64,000 bases of DNA from the NCBI RefSeq assembly GCF_006345805.1, contig NC_043002.1, positions 38,750,001-38,814,000 of the forward strand, written 5' to 3'. Shown here piece after piece: positions 41,011 to 55,428 of the stretch. How positions within the stretch are numbered: position 1 is the stretch's first letter; each line of letters opens with the position of its first letter. A program made the position numbers and the translations under genes. Under the pieces are notes generated by a model that worked only from the letters and a program-made list of their open reading frames with translations, made no database searches and was not told where the DNA came from. The DNA comes from Octopus sinensis (taxonomy: Eukaryota).

Positions 41011-41167
41011 TATAAGGGTAAATAATTTCTATAATGGTTTTTAAAAAAAGAACCACAATTATTTACTGGTAGAATTCGGTATGTAAATATAGCCGATTAC
41101 CGGCAGGAACTTCTGTAAAGTTCAGTATATATATTGTATATAAGAAAAGAAAAAGGGACAGGCAAAC

Positions 41168-41571
41168 AGGTTGCTTGACCGCATACCGAAAAAAAGTAGA
41201 AATAGCAGTCAAAAATGCTTATTTCTAATTTCCACAAATGGGGCTCCCGGCACGACAAACCCTGTAATTCACATATGCAAAACAGAAGGAATAGATATTC
41301 GAAAACGAAGTCTGGTGGTTATCTGTGAACATCATGTTTCTGGATTATAAACATATTGAATATATATTTCATATATACTTTTGATATATATTTGATATAT
41401 ATTGCATATATATTTCACATCCTTCTTCAGCACAGCTTTCCATTGAAATAGATTTATCATAGATTTATCAAATGCTACGTACCTCAAACCTTCTGACCAT
41501 GCGACATCAAAATATTTGAAGAAAGCGAGCAAAGGCTAAACCTACATTTTCGGTATGCGGTCAAGCAACCT
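41168..41571. repeat. Perfect 25-bp inverted repeat (41168-41192 and 41547-41571); right copy abuts (TA)n
   Basis: AGGTTGCTTGACCGCATACCGAAAA and its exact reverse complement. Confidence 0.92.
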
Positions 41572-41666
41572 ATATATATATATACATATACACATATACA
41601 TTATATATGTATGTATGTGTATATGTATATATGTATGTATGTGTATATGTATATTGTATGTATATA

Positions 41667-41706
<40 letters not shown>

Positions 41707-42741
41707 ATATATATATATAAGGATACGCACACGTACTTAGATACACATGTGCATGCATATTTATATAGCATCTGTTTGCTATCTAAATTCCAATAAATAG
41801 GTTTGTTTCAAAGTTAAGAATTTCATTGGTTAGAAATTTGAAATATACAAATAGAACACATGTAAGCAAATACATATACATAGACACTTCAAGCAAGCCT
41901 CAAGTGCATCGCTTGCAGAAATCCAGGTGGAATTGAAGTGCAATGTATGTGGGTGATTTCTTCCGTCAAGAGCTGGATTACTCAATCAGCTGACCTCACA
42001 TGAATGAGAGGTAAATGAAGCAACTTGTGAGATAGTTGTGCCGACATGCCTTCTGCGGCACATGTCTAATTAATGTGGCTTAATTTGCGAATCTCGGGGC
42101 AACCTGACTAACTAGACGTGGAAGAACACACGAGGTCACGCCTCAGACAGTGATGAAAAGAGACAGTTAGCTCAAATATTAAATTTGAGAACGTGCTCAC
42201 AGAACGGATGCAGGAATGAAGAGGCACGTGCGTGCATATAGTCGTGCAAAGTTCAAGGAAGGAACACCACCCTTCTGGCAAGAAGCAATCAACATAAGCA
42301 AACGCATACGTACACATACACACACATATATATATATATGCATATATATATATATTCATGCATATATATACGTATACATATGTATATATGTATATGCATA
42401 TATATATATATATATGCTTGTGATAAATGTGTATTATATATATATATATATAGATGTGTGTGTAGAGAGAGAGAGAGAAAAAAGGGGGAAGGCTGGAGAG
42501 AGAGGGATAATATCTGTGTGTTTGTGTATGCGTTTGTGTGCGTGCGTGTATTGCTAGTCTATTTTCTATGTTTGTTTACAATCTGATACATACACGTACA
42601 TAGCTGGGGGAGCAGTGAAGATGCAAGATGGAAAACAACCGGAAGTAATTGTTGATGTTATATGAAGTTCGGCAACGTTTAAACGGCGTCATATTCAGTG
42701 TTGATTTCTCTGTCTTATGCATGCAAAGATAGATACACATG

Positions 42742-42790
<49 letters not shown>

Positions 42791-45244
42791 ATTGTAATGC
42801 ATGTATACATGTATAATATGCAAATACATCTGTATATATTTGTATATAGATATATATGCATGTATGTGTGGTACGTGTGGGTGTATGTGTGCGTGTTGGT
42901 GTGCGTGTGTGTATATGTGTGCGAGTATGTGGGCTGGGTGTCTGTCTGTGTCAGTGTGTGTGTGGATGTACACACGAACACATATCAGATGTCAATAAAG
43001 CAAGACGATTGTCTTGATTCAACTGTGACAATACCTTTATACTTACAAGAAATAGGTTTATCTAAACTGTAGTTTTCCATGTTTTACATACAAGAATATA
43101 AATTTTTATATGTATATATGAGTGCATATGCATAGTATGTTATGCTCAGAGAAAGAACGATATCGATGACAGCAATTAAAATACTAAAAAAAAATAAAAG
43201 CGACCTGGCAGCCATCTTCTTATTTTCATTCGCTTTTGAGTATATATTATTTTATCTACCTACATGCGAACTCTGTTAGATAAGGGATGCTCCGTATCTG
43301 AACAGGTGTAGAAAACATCTTTTATTACATATTACTGATAATAAATAGTGCAACACAATTAAATCTTTTGTTTATAATACAATCACTACAGCGATAAATT
43401 TACCTGTTTTTTTTCTTTCTTTATTATTTCTGTATGAGTGTCGGACGACTGGTTTTGCGAATATATACACTCTGTGTGGGAGTGGTGCATAGTAGGATAG
43501 TGGTGGGGTCCATTGGTGTAGTAGTGATATGAAGGTGCGGATGTTTAAATTTATACTCGTGTGTATATATGTATGTTTATGCGTTTAAGAGCTTGTATGA
43601 AGATGTGGCTGAGCGTGTATCGGTATTTGCTTAGTGTTTGGTTCTAATGCCGGAACTGTATGTGTATAAAGATACAATAAACAAAAAATATCCAAATATA
43701 AAAAAACCATAAGCGAATATCACAACCAAGGTAAACAGACGAGATGCATTGGCTTCCTGTGGCTAGAAAGTACAAAGAGATAAGAATGATCTTATTATCA
43801 AAGACGTAGGGTAACCAGATCTGGCTGTAGAAAAAAAAATCTACAAGACAAATAATAATTTCAATAATAGAAAAAGAATTACTGAATTCCAGCTGTTAAG
43901 TTGACGTTTTACACATGCGCGCACCCGCGTACACAAGCGCGCACACAGACACACAGATGCATACACGCACACACGTACACACTCACGCATATACACGAAC
44001 ATATATATACATACATACATAAACATATATAATTATACATGCATATATATACATGTGTGCGTCTGTGTGTGTGTGTGTACATATTTATGTGTATGTAACT
44101 AAGAACTAGATTCTTTAGTATGTTTCAGTACCAAAAGCTTAACGTAATATGAATATCCTGTCATCTCATATGAAGAGTCCAAAATTTATTCAAATTACAC
44201 GCGCACGCGCACTCACACACATGCGCACACACTCACACAGTACTTCTACACAAACATACATGTACATACATATAAATACAAATGCATATATATATGTGTG
44301 TGTGTGTATATATATATATATGTGTGTAAATGTATATATATAAATAAATATAAATAAATATACATACATACATACATACATACATACATACATAATACAT
44401 ATATACATACATATATACATACATACATACAAAATAGTCATTCATAAACAGTATGGGTAAACATGTCGCTGTGTTCGTATAATATATATCATGTCGTTGA
44501 TATATATGTATATATATATATATATATATGAGAATACGTACATGAATAATTTATTACATGTAAGTATTCCCACCTTAGCTCTAATATAATTTTCATTTAC
44601 CGCAGCATAGAATCTGATATGATCCAACTTAGTGCATATCATGACTCTTGAGCTGCTTCTCCAACATGTTCTTTCTTGCGGTTATAAACCAGAGATTGAC
44701 TTTTTCTTTTACATCTAGGTCTCTGAGTTTGTTCTCTGTCACTTTGATCTAGACATACATATAGATACGCATATATCCAAATATGCACCGGTTTATGTAT
44801 ATGTACACACACACAGACACGCACGCCAGCACACACACAAATATATATATATGTGTGTGTGTGTGTGTATGTATATATATATATGGGGAGAGAAAGAGAG
44901 TAAGGGAGGGAGAAAGAGGGAGAGATACTAAACCTGAATGCAGTCGATCAAATCTTCCGATTCAGAAGTCATGACATTAAAGTCGCTCTTACTAACTTGC
45001 AGTGATAACTATTATCAGGAACGGAAGACAAATAGCTTTGTTCAATATCTAGGACTTGCTCCACTAGTAGACCATACAACCGCCTACCATTAATTTACAA
45101 TTAAACTAAAAGACCTTATCTTCGAGTCTACTGATGACTGATCAATGATTAATTTTCAGAATAAATACAGTCAGTGAGCGTGTATATATTTACACACTCA
45201 TACATACTCATGCACACACACACACAACACACACATATATATAT

Positions 45245-45379
<135 letters not shown>

Positions 45380-45691
45380 AAGGAGAACTCCGTCGGTTAC
45401 GACGATGAGGGTCCCAGCTGATACGATCAACGGAACAGCCTGCTCGTGAAATTAACGTGCATGTGGCTGAGCACTCCACAGACACATAGTTCTCAGGGAG
45501 ATTCAGCGTGACACAGAGTGTGAAGGCCGGCCTTTTGAAATACAGGTACAACTCATTTTTGCCAGCTGAGTGGACTGGAGCAACGTGAAATAAAGTGTCT
45601 TGCTCAAGGACACAACGCATCGCCGAGAATTGAACTCATGACCTTACAATCGTGAGCTGAATGTCCTAACTACTAAGCCACGCGCCTTCAC
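45380..45691 (-). mobile_element. Family D CORE-type SINE
   Basis: Minus strand GGCGCGTGGCTTAGT head, GAGTTCAATTC B box and TGTGTCCTTGAGCAAGACAC core. Confidence 0.88.
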
Positions 45692-45716
45692 AATACATAC
45701 ATATATAAATATTATA

Positions 45717-45748
<32 letters not shown>

Positions 45749-45749
<1 letters not shown>

Positions 45750-45879
45750 GGGTGTGTGTGAGTGAAGTCTTTAACGTAATTATCAAGTACCTTTAATCAT
45801 ACACTTAAGTTGACCAACACATTCTAAGTGGAATTTGGTACTTGATAATTGCGTTAAAGACTTTCACTCACACCCACCC

Positions 45880-45934
<55 letters not shown>

Positions 45935-46062
45935 GGGTGTGTGTGAGTGAAAGTCTTTAACGTAATTATCAAGTACCTTCTATCATACACTTAAGTTGAC
46001 CAACACATTCTAAGTGGAATTTGGTACTTGATAATTGCGTAAAGACTTTCACTCACACCCAC

Positions 46063-46116
<54 letters not shown>

Positions 46117-46285
46117 GTGGGTGTGAGTGAAAGTCTTTCAAGCAATTATCAAGTACCAAATTCCACTTAGAATGTGTTGGTCAACTTAAGTGTATGTTAG
46201 AAGGTACTCCCTCACACAAGTTACTGTGTTGTGAAATCGAACTTACACCTGCGTGCTTCTGTAACGGATTTCTTAACCATGCCAT
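45749..46285. repeat. Array of two 132-bp palindromic units plus their inverted source copy, separated by (TA)n
   Basis: Units 45749-45880 and 45934-46065; 46114-46207 continues into an old SINE head. Confidence 0.93.
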
Positions 46286-46828
46286 ATTCCCATACCAACA
46301 TTCGATTCACTCTTCAAGAGTTGTTTCTCACAGAATTCTGGCTAAACTTGTAGATTTTAATCTTTCGCGTTAGTGTCAAAGACAACACAGCTATATAAAT
46401 AAAATAAATAATTTCTAATCGAAAATCGTAATTTGGTAGTGGAATCCGATAGCTAAATATTCTTGCAGATCTTCTTGGGTATTTTATTGTGTACAGTACT
46501 GGCAATATTTGGAGTTTTCTAATATACACAAAATACAAACACCTAAACGGATTTTAGTGCTATAGGAAATGGTTAGTGTTCTCCTCATGCAATTCCCCAA
46601 TGGTTATTGTGCTCGTAAAGGGACAGAAATAGTTCCAACTGATGATTGTTAAAGTATTAGGAATCTCTGCGAGACGAAAGATTACATTTTTCTTTATGAG
46701 CTCACTAAGGGAAAGGCCGTGGTTAAGGAGCCAAGCTCACGGATAGACAATGTGTCTGTGATTGGTGATATTTTACTTTACATGTGTTAACAATTCTATT
46801 ATGAAACATAACTCGAAAATTTGAAGAA

Positions 46829-47020
46829 AGGCGTAAAAAAATTAATAGTGGCTGTGTGGTAAGTAGCTTGCTTTCCAACCACATGGTTCCGGGTTCATTT
46901 CCACTGCGTGGCACCTTGGGCAAGTGTCTTCTACTATAGCCTCGGGCCGACCAAAGCCTTGTGAGTGGATTTGGTAGACGGAAACTAAAAGAAGCCCGTC
47001 GTATATATGTATGTATGTGT

Positions 47021-47076
<56 letters not shown>

Positions 47077-47281
47077 TGGCCCCAATATCGCTTGACAACC
47101 GATGCTAGTGTGTTTTCGTCTCCGGAACTTAGCGGTTCGGTAAAAAAAGATCGATAGAATAAGTACTAGGCTTCCAAACAATAAGTCCTGGGGTCGATAT
47201 GATCGACTAAAGGCGGTGCTCCAGCATGGCCGCAGTCAAATTACTGAAACAAGTAAAAGAGTAAAAGAGAGTAAAAGAGTA
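46829..47281 (+). mobile_element. Family B CORE-type SINE
   Basis: Full match to the 28161-28569 family. Confidence 0.9.
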
Positions 47282-47444
47282 TAGAAAACAGAACTATTAA
47301 ACTATTTTTTTTAGGTTGTTATTTACAAATTAAAATTCAAAGCATAATTCTATACTGTTTTATAAATGTAACAAACAAAACATATCTTGACAGTGATCTA
47401 CGATATTGTAGCGATGCTTTGCTATATTTCTGTGCTGGGATTAT

Positions 47445-47909
<465 letters not shown>

Positions 47910-48212
47910 AGGTGGTTTCGATTCTTATAAGAGTGACCCATTGTGTCCTTGAGCAGGATACTTCATTTAAAATACAAAATCAGAAAAAGCGATCTGACAG
48001 CCATTTATGTTCATTTGTTTTTGAGTATATGTTGTTTTATCTATCTACATGCGATCTCTGTTAGATAATGGAGGTTCTGTATCTGAACAGGTGTAGAAAA
48101 ACATCTTTTATTGCATATTACTAACGATAAATAGTGCAACACTATTAAATCTTTTGTTTATAATAAAATCACTACTTCAATCTAAAGAACAACCAACAGA
48201 CTGTTGATACAG

Positions 48213-48323
<111 letters not shown>

Positions 48324-48583
48324 CTGTCATATCCTGGAAGTTCCACGGGAACAAGCGTGGGACGACCAAGAATATGTCTGTGTCTGCTCGTTTCAGCAAA
48401 GATTATATTGAAGAAAACCAAGGAATGTATTTTTCCAATAAGCAATAAGCCTGAAAAATGTTTACTAAGTTACAAATATCAATATCATACTTCCAGACAC
48501 AATATTGTGAAGTTCCATCTCAATGTTAAAAATGGGAGAGTGCTGTCGTGTTCTTTATTTTCATTATGTTATTATCTACTAAG

Positions 48584-49640
48584 CCAGTGATCTGACCAAA
48601 TCTTTAGAACGCCGGCCACAATGCATATCGGCATTTCGTCAGCCTTTACGTTCTGTGATCAGATTCCGCTGTGGTTGATTTTGACTTTCCTGCTTTCGGG
48701 GTCGATGAAATAAGTACCAGTGGGAGCACTGGGACCGATGTAAGTGACTTACCCCTTTCACCTACAATTGCTGGCCTAGTGCCAAAATTTGAAACCAGTA
48801 TGTTATCTTCTATGGAGGCGCGTGGCTTAGTGGTTAGGGTGTTGAAGTCATGATCGTAAGGTTGTGGTTTCGGTTCCTGGACCGGGCGATGCGTTGTGTT
48901 CTTGAGCAAAACACTTCATTTCACGTTGCTCCAGTCCACTCAGCTGGCAAAAATGAGTAATCCTGCGACGGACCGGCGTCCCGTCCAGGTGGGGAATTTT
49001 TACGCCACTGAAACCGGGAAACCGGCCCTTATGAGTCTGGCATGGCTCGAGAAGGAACCTTCTTTTTTTTTATGTTATCTTCTAAGGCGGCGATCTGGCA
49101 AAACCGTTAGCCCGCTAGTTATAGTGCATAGTGGAATTTCGTCCATGTTATACGTTCAAATTCTGCCGTGGACAATTTTGCCTTTCATGCTTCGTGGGAG
49201 TCAATGAAATAAGTACCAGTTGAGCCCTGAGATCGAGGAAATCTATTAGTCCTCAAAGCTTTATGAATTGTGCCGATAACAGACAGAATTGTTATCATCT
49301 ACTAAGGCGACTATCTGAGTTCAAATTCCAATGAGGTCGATTTTGCTTTCATCCTTTCGGGATGGATAAAATAAGTATCAGTCGAGCATTGGGAAGGATA
49401 TAACCCTTTAGTATTCACATTTTTTTGTCAAAAGTAAAGCTCGTTTATTCACATGTTTTTAATTGATACTGCATTGTCTTGTAGCTTTGAAATTTTGATG
49501 AAATAACCGTATTTTTTTTAGAATGATATCGTAGAGCTGGTGTGAGAAACCAGATCTAGCTGGTTTGAACAGAAAAACATATTTTGGCCGGATAAATCTC
49601 ATCCCCTAAAATTACTGGCCGTGATTCAAAATTAGAAAGA
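48584..49640 (+). mobile_element. Stack of four co-oriented SINEs (A, D-head with V-like tail, A, partial A interrupted by a MITE-like piece)
   Basis: Heads near 48584, 48813, 49085 and 49305; perfect 14-bp duplication TATGTTATCTTCTA at 48799 and 49071. Confidence 0.85.
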
Positions 49641-49979
49641 GTTATGTTTTATCTATTTTATTTGTTTGCTTACATGGTTGCCAACATGAGACTTGGTAGG
49701 TCCATGTGCATGTGTGTTGGCGTATATGTTTGTATGCGTTGTTGACTTCATTTGATTCTAATCTTACTGTATCTTTACATTTGTATAACGGTCGCAATGG
49801 GTGATAATTGTGTAGGTGTTCTTACTTCATTCATTGTTTTGCTTCTTTCTTCATTGATTGTATTTGCAGGGTCAGAATCTGCTTTCAGTATTCATACAGC
49901 ATCTGTAATCTATCTTTAAAATGTGAAGGAAGAATATTTTCACTTCCCCATTGTTTATTGACACGTTGTGTATATACAT

Positions 49980-50055
<76 letters not shown>

Positions 50056-50060
50056 GCGCC

Positions 50061-50194
50061 CTCTTCAAGCCTAGCTAGGCTCATTGGCCCGATTTTCCGG
50101 TTTCTGTGGCGTATGTGTTCACCCCAGCTGGATGGAACGCCAGTCCAACGCAGCGTTACCTGAGAAAGATTGAGAGAAAGTTGGGGCGAAAAAG
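50061..50194 (-). mobile_element. SINE 3' fragment with V-like tail
   Basis: Matches the tail of 21853-22155. Confidence 0.85.
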
Positions 50195-50209
50195 TATATA
50201 TATATATAC

Positions 50210-50380
50210 AGGGAGAGTTTACGAAAAAAACAAAAGACGACGACAGGTAGTGTACAAAAGAAACAGATGTATTAGTATAACGCTCAGGAATAGAAAAAGG
50301 ATTTTACGTTTCGAGCCCACGCTCTTCTACAGAAAGGACACAGAAAAAACAAGGAGAGAATAAAATGTGTGTAGTGGCTA
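50210..50380 (-). mobile_element. Second copy of the short hammerhead-like repeat
   Basis: Minus strand CCTTT-CTGTAGA-A-GAGC-GTGG-GCTC-GAAAC-GTA-AAA. Confidence 0.65.
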
Positions 50381-50541
50381 ACGATCTATCATGGCAAAGT
50401 ATGCATGGCTGTTCCTTTTCATTTTATTCACGCCATCACTCTCCATTACTCTACTAACCTCTGTAGTGTTCTTCGATACTCAAGATCGTCGTGGTGGTTT
50501 TCCTATACTGCTTTCTATCCACCTCACGTTGATAGAAGGCA

Positions 50542-50575
<34 letters not shown>

Positions 50576-51195
50576 GTGTGTATGTATACTCACACAGGTG
50601 AATGTTTATTTACACACTTATATATTTATTTATTCAGTTCCCTTATATTTAAACAACTAGTCAAGCATTTTCAACAGCATATTTGTGTGCGTGCGTGTGT
50701 TTTTGCGCACGCGCACGGATGAACGGATGAGTGTGTGTGTGTGTGTCTGTGTGTGGGTAGATATAAATAACTTAATCACGATACAAATACATATAAAATA
50801 TAAAGTCACGTGATAAGATATACACCTAGTTACAAGTGTAGGAGTGCGCCGAGGTCATTGTATGAAAGTTAGAGCAAAATGTTAATATAGGGAAATGTAA
50901 GCAAGTCTTCATATCAGCGTAGGTGAGTTACCAGGTGCTTGGAAGAAGCGCATATTGTTTCCATATGGGAGCCAACCTCGTTCTGGGTATATGGTTATGC
51001 GTCAGAACTTGCGAGTGCATATGTTATATAAATATAAAGACAAAGAGTCAGAGGTAGATAGACACATGCACGCACACACAAGCACAAACACACACACACA
51101 CAGAAGCACATACACACACACACACACACACCACACACACACACACAGAACGAAAAGAACATAGAAAAAGTAATTGGTATTTATGCTCTTGTATA

Positions 51196-51408
51196 ATCCT
51201 TTCTACTGTAGGTACAAGGCCTGAAATTTTATGGGAAGTGGGCTAGACGATTACATCGACCCCAGTTCTCGACTGGTATATATTTTTATCGACGCCGGAA
51301 GGATGAAAGGCAAAGCCGACCTCAGCGGAACTTGAACTCAGAACGTAGGAACGGGCAAAATATTTCTAAGCATTTCATCCAGTCTGCTAACGATTCTGCC
51401 AGCTCGCC
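51196..51408 (-). mobile_element. Family A SINE (alternative tail)
   Basis: Conserved central domain; tail shared with the 52215 and 55214 copies. Confidence 0.85.
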
Positions 51409-51770
51409 CCCACCCCCACCCCATGCTCTTATAGAATGTGCACGTGTTTCAGAGACCCGACCACCGTAGCTTACAAGGATCAAAGGTGCCTGCTACACAA
51501 TAAAAGTCATCCCTTTCCTGTGTTCCTTTGTTTTACGACGCGTGGACTTCGCTTATTAATCTACCTGGAGTTATGATGCTTATTGGACAGCTTGAGCAAA
51601 GGTGTAGGGTGTGGAACTTATCCACTGTTCTCCCAAATTTTGGTAACGTACAGCGTTTTCCCTCTCTCTCTCTCTTTCTTTCTTCCTCTCCATATATATA
51701 TATACATATATATACATACATATATATATATATATATAATATATATATATTATATTATATTATATATATA

Positions 51771-51858
<88 letters not shown>

Positions 51859-52214
51859 CTATATTAAATCTCTGACCGAGATATGCAAGTCAGTACAGGA
51901 CGCGACACTTGGTTGGCAATTATATATTTGTTATATATATATATTAATACACACACATATATATGTATGTTTACAGACACTCTCCCGCCTCCCTTACACT
52001 TGACCCAGTGGATGTGATGGGAAGTGAGAGGGCTACGCAAGTATCCGATTGACATTCATTACAACTGAATAGACGGAAGCTATTTAAAATGAAATTCCTT
52101 GCTCAAAGACACGATATGCAATCCGGCTCTCACGGACGGAACATGCAATCTTATGATTACAAGCCGCACATCCTAACCACTACACCATGCGCCTTCACAT
52201 ACGCAGGCTAAACA

Positions 52215-52428
52215 ATCCTTTCTACTAAAGCCACAAGACCTGAAACTTGTGGCAGAAAGGACTAATCGATTACATCGACCCCAGTGTTCCAATGGTACTT
52301 AATTTATCGGCCTCGAAAGGATGAAGGGTAAAGTCGACCTCGACGGAATTTGAACTCAAAATGTATCGACCGGCGAAACACTGCTAAGAATTTTGTCCAA
52401 CGCTAACGATACAGCCAGCGCGCCGCCT
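52215..52428 (-). mobile_element. Family A SINE (alternative tail), next to an old CORE-type SINE at about 51960-52198
   Basis: Conserved central domain. Confidence 0.85.
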
Positions 52429-52647
52429 TACATAGGCTAAATAATATGAAATGCGATTCTTCGAGTCGAGAATAGAATTATTACTACCACTATCACCCCC
52501 CACTGCTACCATCATCATCACCATTATGATAACTAATACGGTCATCACGACGACGATGATTACAACGATGATAGTGACTCATATAAAGCAATATCTCGGC
52601 CCATTTTATCAAGCCCATTATTACACATATCTATTGTAATTTTTCAC

Positions 52648-52680
<33 letters not shown>

Positions 52681-53036
52681 AGGAATTATGTTAATAGAGA
52701 GCAATTAATTAGAATGAGGCAAATAATATATTGAGAAATTTAGTACAGAGGGGAAAAAAGTACGGCCAATGGCGCTGACAGGAGGTAAATTAACGGGAAT
52801 AAATATCCCAGATATAATTTTCAAAGACCATTAAGTCAAAACGATAGGATCGGCATATCACTCCCAACTGACGATTGTTCATCTCTGAAAGAACGGGGAA
52901 AATTATCGAAATAAAAATGCCTGGAAATAAGAGCTAAAGAATAACGGTTGGTTTGGGAATAAGAAACGCAGAAATGCATAACCAAAACTGCAAGACTTTA
53001 TACTTATACAACATATAAAAATAATACAACTAGGCA

Positions 53037-53080
<44 letters not shown>

Positions 53081-53539
53081 ATATATACATACTATTCAGA
53101 GCTCTAACAGTACAATAAAAAGACGAAAGCAAAACACTGCTCATATCCGAGACATATGAGATTGTGGTCGTTTATGTAGCTGAAGCACGCTAACATGATA
53201 TAAAATTAATAATCATTTCTAACGTAAAACTTCTGACAATGTCACGCATTTCTGAAGAGGGTGTAGTCGTCAAATATGCAGTACTTAATGAGAAAGAAAG
53301 GGATGCACCAGCATCATGCCCAGCATCCTGCACCAGCATCAGCATCTGATTGATGCACATTTGCCAATCTTTGAAAGAATGAAAGGCAAATTTAAGCCTG
53401 GTAGGATTTCAACAGATGTCTTTGTTAACCTTAAGCATATATAATCTTTCCATAAGAAAGATATATTTCGTTTATCTTAATTTTTCTTTTAAAGGCAACT
53501 TAATTCAAGTAGCTGATTCAAGTAGTAACGATACTAAAC

Positions 53540-53817
53540 AATAATGCTTGTTGCCACATCTCCCTGGCTGTTCCATGCAGAACTGTGTTACTACATTTTA
53601 ACCCCAAGATAACATGTTTTCCAGCTTGTTAACGACACACTTCTTGCGTCATATATATTGCGAGCAAAGGCGCGAGTGGAATGGTTCGCTTCCTTACTCG
53701 TTATATGACATAGGTTGTGTGTCGTTAACCAGCTGGAAAAGATATTTTCCTGGAGTTAAAATGTAGTAACAAAGTTCTGCATGGAACAGCCAGGCAGAAG
53801 TAGCAACAAACATTACT
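53540..53817. repeat. 278-bp imperfect hairpin with arms of about 116 bp
   Basis: 53540-53655 is the reverse complement of 53702-53817. Confidence 0.92.
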
Positions 53818-54084
53818 GCAACTTAATACATTTTCTACTAAAGGAATCTTGACCTATGACTTAACGCTGGAAAGCAAAGATAATAATTATTTCCAATTTA
53901 GGCAAAAGGCCAGCAAATTTTCTGGTAGATGTTTCAGCGTAAGTCATTGAGCCCCGTAATTGACTGAAGTTTAATTTTATTGATACCGGAAGGATGAAAG
54001 GCAACGTTGACGTCGACGGCAGAGTTTGAGCCACAACATCTTTAACGAGTCTACAAATCCACCAGGTAATCTTTTATCTTTAAT

Positions 54085-54275
54085 CTTTTTAGACATTAGA
54101 CTGCGGCAATGCTGGGGCACCACCTTTGTGAATTTTGGTCGAACAACTAGCCCCAATATTTACTTTTTAGTAAAGCCTGGAACTTATTCTATCGTTCGCT
54201 TTTCCCGAACCTCTACGTTACGGGGACGTAAACATGCCAACACCGGTTGTCATGTGGTGGTAGGGGACAAACACA
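54085..54275 (-). mobile_element. Family B SINE 3' half
   Basis: GACTGCGGCAATGCTGGGGCACC...GGGGACGTAAAC. Confidence 0.8.
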
Positions 54276-54282
54276 CGCACAC

Positions 54283-54326
<44 letters not shown>

Positions 54327-55213
54327 CAAATAGAAGACAGAAGATGGAATATACGAGAATATCTTATTAATCACAACAATTGTTTCGACACATCTAGCAT
54401 CGACTCCTCTTGTGGGACACACAAAACCTGGTTCAGGAGTGTCCGGTGGTGCAGACGTATTTCGTCGGGTGATAAATAAATTTTAAAAACTCGTTAAAAT
54501 GACTGTTCCATAATGAAACTTTCCATTTTGTAGAGAGAAAAACAGCCAGACGGAGGAGAATTCTTCCTATATATAGAAGATCCAAAAATAAAACAGCAGA
54601 AGAAAAAAAGAGATAGGAACACTTAATCCAGCTAGAAAAGTATTGAAAATAACCGTTAACAGATATGTATGTATAAACGGCCTCGGGCAAGCTGCATGGC
54701 GCGAATACACACGTTCATACAAGCATTAGCAAAAATGTGAGCATATGCACACGCGAGGTTAGGCGCACTCATGATTACAAAGCGTGTTAGATATTTCGTA
54801 GGTGTTCAGAAGAACGGGAGGTTTAAAGTAAAATTAAGTCATCCATGCCTTAAAGTAAAATAAAATAAACTTACACTAAGTTAACGGTTACTAAAAATTC
54901 ATTCTCACTGTACATATATATATATATATATAATATATATATTATATATATATATATATATAAAATAAAATTACACTATATAAAATACAATTACACTAAA
55001 AACAAGTACTAGTCTTACAAAGAATAAGTCCTGGAATTGATTTGTTCTACTAAAGGCGGTGCTCCAACATGACCGCACTCAAATGACTGAAACAAGTATT
55101 AAGAGTAAAATGAGAAAATACTAAGACACGACCAAGTTAAAATCAAAAACATCTACAGATTATTGATTGGCAAAAATCAAATCAAAATTAAACTAAAAAA
55201 AAATAAGAATAAA

Positions 55214-55428
55214 TTCTTTTCTACTCTAGGCACATGGCCCGAAATTTTGGGGGAGGGGACCAGTCGATTAGATCGATTCCAGTACGTAACTGGTACTTAA
55301 TCTATCGATCCCGAAAGGATGATAGGCAAAGTCGACCTCGGCGGAATTTGAACTTAGAACTTAAAGACAGACGAAATACCGCTAAGCATTTCGCCCGGCG
55401 TGCTAACGTTTCTGCCAGATCGCTGCCT
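55214..55428 (-). mobile_element. Family A SINE (alternative tail)
   Basis: Conserved head and central domain. Confidence 0.87.
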
